This document shows, piece after piece, positions 1-11,636 of a stretch of DNA of 64,000 nucleotides (its first letter is position 1; each line of letters begins with the position of its first letter). The stretch lies in the NCBI GenBank assembly GCA_032718475.1, contig JAUCBJ010000759.1, positions 1 through 64,000 on the forward strand, in the 5' to 3' direction. The position numbers were made by a program, and so were the translations under genes. A model generated the notes under the pieces. It saw only the letters and a program-made list of their open reading frames with translations. It made no database searches and had not been told where the DNA came from. Source of the DNA: Nemertoderma westbladi (lineage: Eukaryota > Animalia > Xenacoelomorpha).

Positions 1-2141
1 TGTAAATTTACTAATCTATCGCGTTCTAACGCGATACTTTGCTGCACTTCTTGCAACTCTAACCTACTTTCCCTCACCGTTCCTTTTAAATGTTGGACAG
101 TCCCTTCCAACTCTCGGACCTGTTGGGAAGAGCGTTTCCGATTCTCCCTCATCTCTCCTAGGAGAATATCCATCCCCCGCCGTCTCTCGTCTACCCAATC
201 AACCGCCAAAACGGGATCCGCCAACGTCGTAGCGGGCAGACGAGGGACAACGGGCGACAAATTTGGAATATTTCGCTCGGGGTCCAGGACCTGAACTGTC
301 TCCTGGGCAGTTCTACGGGGCACAGGTAGCTTAGTGCTATGCAGAGGGAATTTATAGGTAGCTTCAGGGAGCCCAGGTGTGTCTATTACCGAAGGGGTGA
401 TTTCAAGAACAGGCCTACTTATTTCAGGCTCATCTACTATAGTAGGGAGTCTTTCTATTGTAATTATTTGATTTGTGGGTTCTGTACTCTCTAAGTTGGT
501 ATTATTTAGTTGCCTTCTAACAGCTGGAGGCAAATCAGGCAATTTCTGACGGTGGAATGTTCTTTTACGTCTGCTTAGGCGGGATCGATTTCCTCCGCCT
601 TCAGCGTCGGTGGTATCGCCTTCCTCAGATGATGTATAACCTTGTCGTTTGGGAGTAGATCGATTCATCATCTGCATATTACTAGCTGTTAACTGTTTAT
701 TAAAGTTATCTTGCCTCTCTTGAAGATTTTCCAGCTCTAGTTGGGTTGTCTCTTCAGATGCCCTCCGTTCTGCTTCTGCCACTGCTATCTTTCTTTCCGC
801 TTCTGCCGCTGCCGCTTTCCTTTGTGCTTCTGCCGCTGCCGCTTTCTTTTCTGCCGCTGCCTCTGCTGCCTTTCTTTCCGCTTCTGCCGCTGCCGCTTTT
901 CCTTCTGCTTCTGCCGCTGCCGCTTTTCCTTCCGCTTCTGCCGCTGCCACTGCTGCTGCTGCTGTCTTTCTATCTTCTATACGTTTTTTCCTTACTTGCT
1001 CTTCCTTTTCTCTAGCGATGCGGAGTTGTTCATCGAATTTAGCTTGGTTCGCCGCTAACCTATCCACATCAATCGCATCTAACACAAGTTTGGCTCCTTC
1101 GCTATTAGGGCTAAGTCCCTCTAGCCTTCTCCTCAACTCTTCATCTCCCACAAAACGCTGATAGTCTGACAGATAGATATCAATGGCATCCTTCTTATGC
1201 GGTTTCTCTGCCGTCGCTTCACTTTCCACTTGGGAGAAAGTAGCGTCTGTCGATTCTCCTTGTGTTGAGCGCTCCTCCAACTGAACTTTCCACTGAGCTG
1301 CTCCTTGAACCTGGCGTCTCACCCTTTGAAGCCAAGTCTTTACGGCAACTTGCAACGACGTGTCTTGTCTTCTTTTAGAAGCCTCCTCAAAGGCGGATAA
1401 GATTAGCCTAATTCGCAGAACTCTTTCTCTAACTTGATAAAGCAGCTGTTCCTGCTCTTGAGGTCCTTGAGGTTGTTTAAATAGTTGTCTTTCTACTCGC
1501 TCCATAGAGCTGAAGAATCCCTGTGCGTATCCGGCTGCGGACCTCTTCCATACAGCTGGATCGATGGTTTCCTTGGCTACTCCCATCCGGTGTATGTCTT
1601 CCCAGGCAGCTTCTGATAAATCAAACGGGAGTCCGGGTCCGGGGAAGTTCCATTGCGACTCGACAATAGACTTCAATTCTTCCCTCGTGTACCCCGCATA
1701 ACTATCTCTAGTGGATCGTTGACTCCTCGCCCAATCGATCTGGTGTTCTTCCACCGCGATCAATAACCCGCTGAGTACGGCTGCAGGAAGGATGAGAAGG
1801 GGATCCGTATAAACCGCATCCGTCCTCTCTGCTCCGCTCTCGGGTGTCAGCTCTACAGTATCCTCACCACTGGAGCTGCTGGGCCGCTGAGGAATAAGTT
1901 CTTGACTCGCGGGTTGTTGCTGTTCCGCCGCTTCTTGGTCCCGCTTGACCTGAGCTCGAGTGCCTATGATAGACCTACGATGTTGGACTAGCCTAGGTTC
2001 TGTTATTACTACTGGAGGGATGACCTTCCTCACAGTGGGGGGTGAACTGAATTTACGACCAGACGGTTGTACGTCTCTATCTGAGTCGCAGATAGTTACA
2101 TCTAATATACTGTCTGACAGGTTCTGCTTAGTATCAGACAT
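1..2141 (-). CDS. gag: N-terminal part of BEL/Pao Gag (element A), runs off left edge of window
   Basis: ATG at 2141-2139 (MSDTKQNLSDSILDVTICD...). Colinear homolog of 22444-24620 with a 36-nt (in-frame) net length difference, consistent with the Ala/Glu/Arg/Lys repeat. The whole frame was not translated by hand. Confidence 0.85.
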   Translation of the reverse strand, partial: MSDTKQNLSDSILDVTICDSDRDVQPSGRKFSSPPTVRKVIPPVVITEPRLVQHRRSIIGTRAQVKRDQEAAEQQQPASQELIPQRPSSSSGEDTVELTPESGAERTDAVYTDPLLILPAAVLSGLLIAVEEHQIDWARSQRSTRDSYAGYTREELKSIVESQWNFPGPGLPFDLSEAAWEDIHRMGVAKETIDPAVWKRSAAGYAQGFFSSMERVERQLFKQPQGPQEQEQLLYQVRERVLRIRLILSAFEEASKRRQDTSLQVAVKTWLQRVRRQVQGAAQWKVQLEERSTQGESTDATFSQVESEATAEKPHKKDAIDIYLSDYQRFVGDEELRRRLEGLSPNSEGAKLVLDAIDVDRLAANQAKFDEQLRIAREKEEQVRKKRIEDRKTAAAAVAAAEAEGKAAAAEAEGKAAAAEAERKAAEAAAEKKAAAAEAQRKAAAAEAERKIAVAEAERRASEETTQLELENLQERQDNFNKQLTASNMQMMNRSTPKRQGYTSSEEGDTTDAEGGGNRSRLSRRKRTFHRQKLPDLPPAVRRQLNNTNLESTEPTNQIITIERLPTIVDEPEISRPVLEITPSVIDTPGLPEATYKFPLHSTKLPVPRRTAQETVQVLDPERNIPNLSPVVPRLPATTLADPVLAVDWVDERRRGMDILLGEMRENRKRSSQQVRELEGTVQHLKGTVRESRLELQEVQQSIALERDRLVNL

Positions 2142-3539
2142 GACTATGTATACCGTTGAATGTCTACTGCTGTATTACAGTCTGAGCAAGTCTAGTAACT
2201 CAGTATTAACTGTTAGCCTAATAATTAATTACCGGTACGGCTACTCAGTGTAGCGTGATATATATATAATATATTAGAATACCGGTATACTTATAGTATA
2301 TATAACTATATAAGTATTATCACAGACTAGGTTTATCACAGAATACCGGTATAAATTTAGCACAAATATATATAATATATAATAGGCCTATCTGGAATAC
2401 CGGTATACAGCTTACAGTTTGTAGGATATATAATTCTGAAATAGAATTAATTACAAGTACCGGTATAATTTCAGCCTAGATTTATAGAAATAAAGATAAT
2501 AGGCCTATCGTAAATACCGGTATATCAATTATTTCAAATAATTGAATTTCTGTTACTTTAGGGTTACTTTGTTACTTTACTTACTTTATTACCGTTATTT
2601 GAGCAGTAGTCCAACTGATATGGAGACCTAGTTGTTATATGGTAGGCCTACTATTTATAAATCGTTAGATTTGATTTATAATATATATATACCCGTTTTA
2701 ATGGGTTTAGTCAATGTTTGAAATAAATGTTATTATTTCTGGGGTAATCACTACACAAAGCAGTGCGCTTTTAGTGAAGTGTTACGTATAGGACACTAAA
2801 ACAAATAATACTAATTTACCTAAGTTACTTAATACTACAAATTACGTACAATTCGGGTGAGATTACAATCTCTAAATAAACACAAAAATTTACAAAAACA
2901 CAAAATACGAATTTTTAGGGTAATTTTACAAGAAGTCTACAAACCAGCCTAACAAAGGGTTAGAAAACTGGTTATTACAACGGACAGGGTACTACGGTAT
3001 TTGAAATAATAAGTAGTAGTAAATACACTGCGTTGTCCAGATAGGAAAATACCACCGCCTGACGACCTATAGCCGTATCGCTATAGGTTCTACGTTATGT
3101 ATCACGGAGTGTTCCTACCTAGAAGTTAATAGAGCTAATCGAATGTGCCTATCAACCACTTTACAACACAAATATAATGCCTACACTAATTACTTCGGAA
3201 AGTACTGTACACTAAACCCTAAATTAGGTACGAGTACTTGTATAACAGATAATCAGTAGTTAAATATACTTGAACAGCTAAAAGAACCACGGCATCTGCT
3301 GGAGTGACCGATGCACAAAATCACCAGTCTTTACCTACGCCGAGCAGCCCGTGTAGTACCGGGGTTAATTTAACTATAGCGGTATGTATAACAAACACAA
3401 TTACTGTAGGAACAAACTTGGGGAATGAATGTTGCGGATAATCGCATAAACTCTGAATAATAAATATTACGCTACGCGTACAAACTATTCAAACAAAATA
3501 CAGACCGAACACTGACAGACTACTATCAAGCCTAAACAA

Positions 3540-3975
3540 ACTACGGTATATGCAGACTCCGAAATGATTAGGGAGTATGCGCTCTAACCCAGTAGTGCGA
3601 CTTATTCTTTAGTTGGGGGTTTACCTTACAGCGTTCGCTGCCCCTACTGCCTAACCGTACTTAATCGGACAGATGATCTACACACGCGGCAATCCGTTCA
3701 GACCTAATAACAGCCAGACAACTATCCAGCCTACAAATTATCTAAATAAAATTATACGCTACCCGTACAGACTTACACATACAAAGTACAGACTAAACGA
3801 TGGCAGACTACTCTCAAGCCTAAATAAACTACAGGACATGCAGACTCCGAAATGATTAGGGAGTATGCGCTCTAACCCAGTAGTGCGACTTATTCTTTAG
3901 TTGGGGGTTTACCTTACAGCGTTCGCTGCCCCTACTTCCTAACCGTACTTAATCGGACAGGTGATCTACACACAC
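3540..3975. repeat. Direct repeat (~290-bp period) in the 5' leader of element A; homologous pair at ~20785-21230
   Basis: atgcagactccgaaatgattagggagtatgcgctctaacccagtagtgcgac...cttaatcggacag occurs at ~3550 and ~3838. Confidence 0.85.
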
Positions 3976-4323
3976 TGCAATTCGTTCGGACTTAACAGCA
4001 ATCAGACAACAGCTCAGCCTACAAATCGTCTGTACAATCTGATCAGGTTTACACGCCTTCTGTTCAATACTGGCCTACAAATAAATAAAACTTGACAGAA
4101 ATAAGTAAACCATATAAAGGAATAAGGGGTGATCAATCCCTAATCCCTCAAACAGCCTACCGGTATGCAACAATCAAATCGAATAATACTAGTGTACTTA
4201 TACGGAAGTACCGGTTAGGACAGCTAGGCCTACTGACCTACAGAATGTACCGGTTCAGGTTTACCGGTTGACCGGTACTTTCAACTTTATTGCTTACTGC
4301 AACAAAGAAGCTATATCCTTTAA

Positions 4324-5530
4324 TGTTCGCGCTTTCAGACCTTTGGCAGTTTAACCCGCCAAATTAAGATGTCTTCTAGATATTAAATCGCTTTTTAGCC
4401 TATGACAAGTATTTGATTCACTACACTAGTCGAAACCAATCCGTGCGCGACCATTCACCCGCTGGATATTCCCGGGAGATTGGGTTCGACGGTTTAATTT
4501 TTTTGCTATGTAAGCCTAATGTATTATTCGACTGACAGTATTATATAATCTCTGACAATATTATTCACCTTCGGGAATATTAACAGTTCCTTTAGGACGT
4601 GGCGCTTTATCTATATAAACAGAGTTATGACTTAAACTACTCACAACGATATGGCTTAATTATAATTCACATATATGGCGCATTCTTTAGGAATTGCTTC
4701 TTTAACAGACTCGCTCATACGCAATGCTGCACAATACTGCACACTAATCTGCCAATCTTCACTGATTTTAATCACATATAAAAGGAACACAGACTGACTC
4801 ATGTAGGGTCTATCAAATAACATTAGATTCACTTCAAACCACTTTAACATAAGTCACAATCGTTATTGGTAACCTTTCTCTCTTACCTTCGGTATATCAA
4901 GAATATTGGGTGTCGGGGTTATTTCTCGTTATTCCAATATAATAATTCATCAACAAATATAATGAATAACCGACAACAAATAGCAGTATGCAGTATTCAC
5001 AGATCAATCGTGCCAGTTTGTTTTGATATTTACAGAGTTTAAAGCCAGGTTGTTTGATGCGTAATTGCAGCCAGGTCAGTTAAAGGATATATGTCCTTAT
5101 AATTAAACCTCCTAGTGTTGAGCTAAAAAGCAGAAAGCATAAAACACTAAAAAGCCGTTCTTTCGTGGCTTTGAAAAACTCGTGACTACTGCTCTATACG
5201 AGGATACCAACTCCCTTATTCCACGAAGCTCCCGTTCAACACAGAGAAAGAGCAGTGAGATAGGAAATTTTCAGTTCAGTACTCTGTGATAGGTCAACAT
5301 CAAGGCTAACTCAAATTCTATTGGGAGATACAAAACAAGGCTATGACGCAACCTCCCTAGGCTTGTTGGCCGATTAAACAGAGCCCAGATGCCTGCGTAC
5401 AGCAAATCAGCCAATAAGCTGGTAACTTGCACTATTTTTAGCTGTAGATCACTTTGAGAGTATTCTTAGCGACTGGGGGGGAACTGGCCAACAAGGCAAA
5501 CGAATCAGTTATCCCACAAAAGCTTTTACA
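4324..5530 (-). repeat. 5' LTR of element A (~1207 bp)
   Basis: Minus strand starts TGTAAAAGCTTTTG, as do the LTRs at 19256 and 30743, and ends ...GGTCTGAAAGCGCGAACA, matching ...GGTCTTTAAAAGCGCAAACA. Confidence 0.88.
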
Positions 5531-6166
5531 CATTTATTCCAAAAAATATAATTATTATTATATTTATTAATATTTGTTAGGGTCGGCATAAGTACAGTAG
5601 TATAAAAATAATCATATAAAGCTAAAGCTAATATAATGTTGGCTTTAGAAGCATTTGCAAACGATGTACTATATTTAGAATGTTGGGCGTTCCAAGCTGT
5701 GAGCAAAGCCTTCATAGGGGTACCATTATTCCTTGTTAAAATTTAACCAAACTTGGTATGTTTGGAGTTTGTCAAAAGTTTATAAAGAACCCGAAGTTTG
5801 AGAAAAAAAATACAGACAGTCAGTCATTCGGTAACGACAGTTTCAGAGTTTTTATAAAAACCGAAATAAGTCGGTCAATCATTGATGATTAAACCATACT
5901 TGATACGTATACACAGTCTTGTGCTGCGCGAAGGCCACACGAACGTGTACAGTATACCGTACTGTAGTACAGTAAGCCGCATATCTAGAACCGGGGGTTC
6001 ATATCTGTATTTTGGATATTTTGTATGTAATTAATCCGTCTAAATATCGTTTTAAAATTTTTAAGTAGAAATGCATGCAAATGAAACGAAGGCCTACAGT
6101 ATGTATCGCAGTTTACAAAATACATGATATATAATATATTAGCATATTTTAATGAATTATTTGATG

Positions 6167-8189
6167 TTAACACTGTTCATGGTACTCGCCCTGGTCCCGA
6201 TCGCGGCTACCCTTTTCTTTCCTCTTAGCATCTATTCCCTTCTGGTTAATGGATCGCCTCAATTTGGGCCACATCGCATTTCTAAATTGTGAATTATTAA
6301 GACTGAAACGCTTCGTAACCATTTCTAAAATGTAAAATATATAATTATACTGTATATGAGTTATATTATAAATTAAACCGACATTATAGTAGTTTGAGGG
6401 TCTAATCACGGTGTGGTGCTATTGATGTTGGTTTGTTTTCTTGGGCGGTAATTTTATTTCCGAAGTCATTTTATACTTTTAATGGAATCGAGATAGATCA
6501 GGCCTCGTAATGTTGTTATCTTTCCATCGGACTAACTGCAATGCAACTTATACAATATACTGTAGTATAATAATATACATAATATACAAGATAAGTACAG
6601 TAGTCCATTTCACTATTTTTGTATATATGGGCCTACAGATGGTAATTCATTTTCTCACTATGCACTGACACATCGATTGTATGTATATCTCTTTAAAAAG
6701 TAGGCCTACTAACCTTTAAGAATATTAACCTTCAAATCTGGAGCTGCAGTTCTAAATGTTGAACCAATCGAATCGGGTTCTATAATTGTTCCTATAATAT
6801 CATCTGGTGTCATTATGCGTGACCATAGTTTGAAGCCAAATGAATTTATGGCAGCCTGTGGTGGGATTTTTGAGGTAAATAGAAGAACACTTATGTCGAA
6901 TACATTGAATTCCTTCCCATCATGAGAACTGGCAACCTGTAGTTAATAATGTGGGATAAATATTGGATAAGTACTGTAGTTCTAAAATCGTCGGAAATGA
7001 CGAAAATATTACGAAATTGTCTAAATTATAAATATACCAGTAAAATATAATTACTAAAATTAATTATAACTAAAATATAATTACTAAAATTAATTATAAC
7101 TAAAATATAATTACTAAAATTAATTATAACTAAAATATAATTACTAAAATTAATTATAACTAAAATATAATTACTAAAATTAATTATAACTAAAATATAA
7201 TTACTAAAATTAATTATAACTAAAATATAATTACTAAAATTAATTATAACTAAAATATAATTACTAAAATTAATTATAACTAAAATATAATTACTAAAAT
7301 TAATTATAACTAAAATATAATTACTAAAATTAATTATAACTAAAATATAATTACTAAAATTAATTATAACTAAAATATAATTACTAAAATTAATTATAAC
7401 TAAAATATAATTACTAAAATTAATTATAACTAAAATATAATTACACTATGCAAAAACTTACGTTACAGATGGATCGACATCGTATGAAGGTAACTTTCGA
7501 TTTCTTTTTTTAAACTAATAAAAAAATATCTGAGAATTTTACCCCATAAATAATTAATTTAAAATCATTTATATATCAATATTTATATTATGAATTAATA
7601 AATATATAACTTTAAACTTAAAACATAATAAGGTTAGTAAACCAAACTGTAGTGTTGGCACTATTAGCTGCAGTTCCTGAACGTATCGATTTACTGACGC
7701 AACTTGTTGAACTGCGGTCGATATTGATATCCAGTGTTTTGGATCTTTTTCCACAACGCTTTTCCTTTTCTTTAGTAATTGGTAGGCCTATAGGCATATC
7801 GTTATCTACAACATCAGATGAATCACTATCATCGAATTTCTTTTGAATACGAACACGTTTCCTCGGATTTTCTAATATGGCTGTAACATCATCATCAGAT
7901 TCATCATTCCCGTCTCCCATTATTACCACCTTTGATACAAAATCGTGTAGCTCGTCTGTGCTATATTCATCCAACTTTTTTTGGAGATCATCATCCACTG
8001 ATTTTTAAGATAGGCCCCTATACTAATTATTTTTACAATATTTCCTCTTATTCGTACTGTGTGTCCAGCCTTCCACTGAAGTTTGTCAGTCAATGACAAA
8101 CCTGACAATAGCCGGTGGTTAATGCCATACACACCGTACTGTGTCGTCGATGGCCAGTACAACACAAAGCAAATTCGATCGCAAGCCAA
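6167..8189 (-). pseudogene. Spliced BEN-domain protein gene, probably a transposon accessory gene; apparent frameshift near 8000
   Basis: Exons 6936-6714 (AG/GT flanked) and 6324-6167 splice in phase to ...FGFKLWSRIMTPDDIIGTIIEPDSIGSTFRTAAPDLKVNILKEMVTKRFSLNNSQFRNAMWPKLRRSINQKGIDAKRK, which fits the BEN-domain pattern. Upstream ORFs 8189-7923 and 7998-7618 give an N-terminal domain and an acidic/low-complexity linker. Middle exon(s) unresolved. Confidence 0.65.
7041..7444. repeat. AT-rich 30-bp minisatellite (~13 copies) in an intron of the BEN gene
   Basis: Perfect repeats of taaaatataattactaaaattaattataac. Confidence 0.97.
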
Positions 8190-8336
8190 GCCATTGTGTA
8201 ATTATAGTTATAAGGAATACGTTAAGCTATAAGTTATAAGCAAAGGCAAAATTACAGTATATTATCAGCCTAAATATAACAAGCCAGACCAGAATGTGCC
8301 CTAATTAATTGTGCATATATGAAGTTGGTTCAGGAA

Positions 8337-8775
8337 TTAAAATAATTTCATCTTCGAGTAAACAAAAAGGTGATTTAACATATCTGAAACTTTTTTATCT
8401 AAATAAAAATTCTTGCCTTCATCTTCTTGACTTACTATATTAAAAATTATATTTTGTGTTGCTAAGATAGAAAACTTACTCTTTAAAGATTGTGTCTTTA
8501 GCACCTTTTCAATTATGTCACCAGTTTTTTTCAGTGGTTGTTGGTTGATAAACAACACTTGTTGGTAATCTGATTGTAAAATCTAGTATGAAAGTCATTA
8601 TCTTACCAAAAGTATCATCTTTAAATTTAACAAAATAGCTTCATGACTTCCGTTTGTGCGTATATGAAAAAGAATGCGCTGTGAAACCACTTGGGCTTAC
8701 AATTCTGGAACAAGATTTTCCATCTTCGGAGATATCCAATGGTGTATAATTCGCACTGTAATGAGGTTGAGTATT
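8337..8775 (-). pseudogene. C-terminal remnant of a CMC/EnSpm(CACTA)-like transposase
   Basis: Minus strand reads SGFTAHSFSYTHKRKS*SYFVKFKDDTFGKIMTFILD..., resembling the HSxxYxxxxKxxSYxV...FGxIxxF C-terminal motif of animal EnSpm/Mirage transposases. Has an in-frame stop and lies directly upstream of the BEN gene. Confidence 0.5.
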
Positions 8776-8809
8776 TTTTATATTTTACCTATATTTTACC
8801 GTACTGCCG

Positions 8810-11152
8810 TAGGGGATAGAAGGGAGTGTTGAACCATGAGGAGGAAGGTGGGGTGAACCGATGAATCAGTGCAATTTAAAGGGGAACGCTTGGGTTGGGC
8901 GTTTCCATGGATACACTATTAGAGAGACATTTAAAAACTGCACCTACTGTTGTACTTAGTCCAACTCTAGCCTACTTGCTGTTTTGCTATGAAGGAAAGT
9001 AAACTTTTGCCACATATTTTCTAGAACTGATAACTATGGATGATTCTATGGATGATTACGTCACTGGTCTGCACTTTTCATGCATTTTTCAAAAAATGGG
9101 AGTGGTGTAGGAGGCTTGAATCAATGGATGGGTAGGAGGGTTGAACCACTTCGGATGGATGGGTAGGAGGGTTGAACCACTTTGGATGGATGGGTAGGAG
9201 GGTTGAACCACTTCGGATGGATGGGTAGGAGGGTTGAAGCACTTCGGATGGATGGGTAGGAGGGTTGAACCACTTCGGATGGATGGGTAGGATGGTTGAA
9301 GCACTTCGGATGGATGGGTAGGAGGGTTGAACCACTTCGGATGGATGGGTAGGAGGGTTGAAGCACTTCGGATGGATGGGTAGGAGGGTTGAACCACTTC
9401 GGATGGATGGGTAGGAGGGTTGAAGCACTTCGGATGGATGGGTAGGAGGGTTGAACCACTTCGGATGGATGGGTAGGAGGGTTGAACCACTTCGGATGGA
9501 TGGGTAGGAGGGTTGAACCACTTCGGATGGATGGGTAGGAGGGTTGAACCACTTCGGATGGATGGGTAGGAGGGTTGAACCACTTCGGATGGATGGGTAG
9601 GAGGGTTGAACCACTGCGGAGGGATGGGTAGGAGGGTTGAACCACTTCGGATGGATGGGTAGGAGGGTTGAACCACTTCGGATGGATGGGTAGGAGGGTT
9701 GAACCACTTCGGATAGATGGGTAGGAGGGTTGAACCACTTCGGATGGATGGGTAGGAGGGTTGAACCACTGCGGAGGGATGGGTAGGAGGGTTGAACCAC
9801 TTCGGATGGATGGGTAGGAGGGTTGAACCACTTCGGATGGATGGGTAGGAGGGTTGAACCACTTCGGATGGATGGGTAGGAGGGTTGAACCACTTTGGAT
9901 GGATGGGTAGGAGGGTTGAACCACTTCGGATGGATGGGTAGGAGGGTTGAAGCACTTCGGATGGATGGGTAGGAGGGTTGAACCACTTCGGATGGATGGG
10001 TAGGATGGTTGAAGCACTTCGGATGGATGGGTAGGAGGGTTGAACCACTTCGGATGGATGGGTAGGAGGGTTGAAGCACTTCGGATGGATGGGTAGGAGG
10101 GTTGAACCACTTCGGATGGATGGGTAGGAGGGTTGAAGCACTTCGGATGGATGGGTAGGAGGGTTGAACCACTTCGGATGGATGGGTAGGAGGGTTGAAC
10201 CACTTCGGATGGATGGGTAGGAGGGTTGAACCACTTCGGATGGATGGGTAGGAGGGTTGAACCACTTCGGATGGATGGGTAGGAGGGTTGAACCACTTCG
10301 GATGGATGGGTAGGAGGGTTGAACCACTGCGGAGGGATGGGTAGGAGGGTTGAACCACTTCGGATGGATGGGTAGGAGGGTTGAACCACTTCGGATGGAT
10401 GGGTAGGAGGGTTGAACCACTTCGGATAGATGGGTAGGAGGGTTGAACCACTTCGGATGGATGGGTAGGAGGGTTGAACCACTGCGGAGGGATGGGTAGG
10501 AGGGTTGAACCACTTCGGATGGATGGGTAGGAGGGTTGAACCACTTCGGATGGATGGGTAGGAGGGTTGAACCACTTCGGATGGATGGGTAGGAGGGTTG
10601 AACCACTTCGGATGGATGGGTAGGAGGGTTGAACCACTTCGGATGGATGGGTAGGAGGGTTGAACCACTTCGGATGGATGGGTAGGAGGGTTGAACCCCT
10701 TTCCTATTGGTTGTTCTGGATATTTATCTACAAGTATGGATGGTATTTAGTAGGACTAATTGACTATACTTGTTTCATTGTTACATTCTTTTCAACCCGT
10801 GGTGACAGGTAGTAGATAACGGTAGAGGCATAGTCGGAAGATGTTCATTGTTGAGTCCGAACTCCGAACCAGAGCCACAGGCTATAGAGGGGGAGAATAA
10901 TAAACGCACCCGATTACATATATTTGAACTAAATAAATAATAATTACAGTAACACAACAGCTCAATGTGAATTAGGGCTATACTCAATTAAACATCGTCC
11001 AGTGCAATGTGCATGTGCAATGATATATTGATAGATTCGAAATAAATTGCTTCAGGTATTTGTGCAATTTCAGCCTTACGCTACGATATGAAACAGAATA
11101 AATCAATTTTTTGGAAATTTTGGTTCAACCAACCCTCCTTACTCTCTCCTTA
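8810..11152. mobile_element. Putative non-autonomous TIR element (MITE-like) enclosing the 31-bp satellite
   Basis: Imperfect inverted ends TA-GGGGATAGAAGGGAGTGTTGAACC (8810) and GGTTCAACCAACCCTCCTTACTCTCTCCT-TA (to 11152). Confidence 0.45.
9124..10697. repeat. 31-bp G-rich tandem repeat (~51 copies) with a 713-bp higher-order duplication
   Basis: Unit ggatggatgggtaggagggttgaaccacttc. Confidence 0.98.
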
Positions 11153-11595
11153 CTTGAAATCTAATTACGGTAATTAAATTATTAATATGTAATAAATAAT
11201 GGAGAATAATTATTTTGAGTGAGTACCGCAACAAATTTATGATTTAGTAGCCTAGTTGAAAAATAAATATCTTTAGTGGGAAATAAATTTGTGGCATAAT
11301 TAATTATGCCAGTTATCGTTCCGAGTTTAACTGTTTAATGCTAGAACATAGCTTGCAAATTTCAATTCAAAGGCATAAGGGTGAGATTGGTATAGGCAGA
11401 TAGGCGAGATACCGGCTTTTCCGAAAATTTATTATAATAATGTTTAATAATAATTTTGTACGAGTAATTTAAATATTATATGATATCAGTATATAAAATA
11501 ATAATCATTGAAATATGCATATTATTTACATTAAATTTTACATTTACATTGTATTTTTGAGGGATCCCTTGTTGTGGGAAGGCGATAAGCCAAAG

Positions 11596-11636
11596 TGTAA
11601 AAGCTTTTGCGTCATTAACCGGTTATTTTCCCTTAA
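11596..11636 (+). repeat. 41-bp stub of the LTR 5' end
   Basis: tgtaaaagcttttgcgtcattaaccggttattttcccttaa is identical to 19256-19296. Confidence 0.9.

Larger units (their letters stand above)
1..5530 (-). mobile_element. BEL/Pao LTR retrotransposon, element A (5' LTR, ~2.2-kb leader, start of gag)
   Basis: Reverse-complement homology to 19256-24620 across LTR, leader and gag. Confidence 0.9.

Noticed and set aside
741-1058. Cys/Arg- and Leu/Pro-rich ORFs (also 23527-23880)
   Set aside because: Antisense shadows of the Gag alanine-rich repeat.
9078-10668. Three ~510-aa ORFs
   Set aside because: Artefacts of a stop-free 31-bp repeat, open in all three frames.
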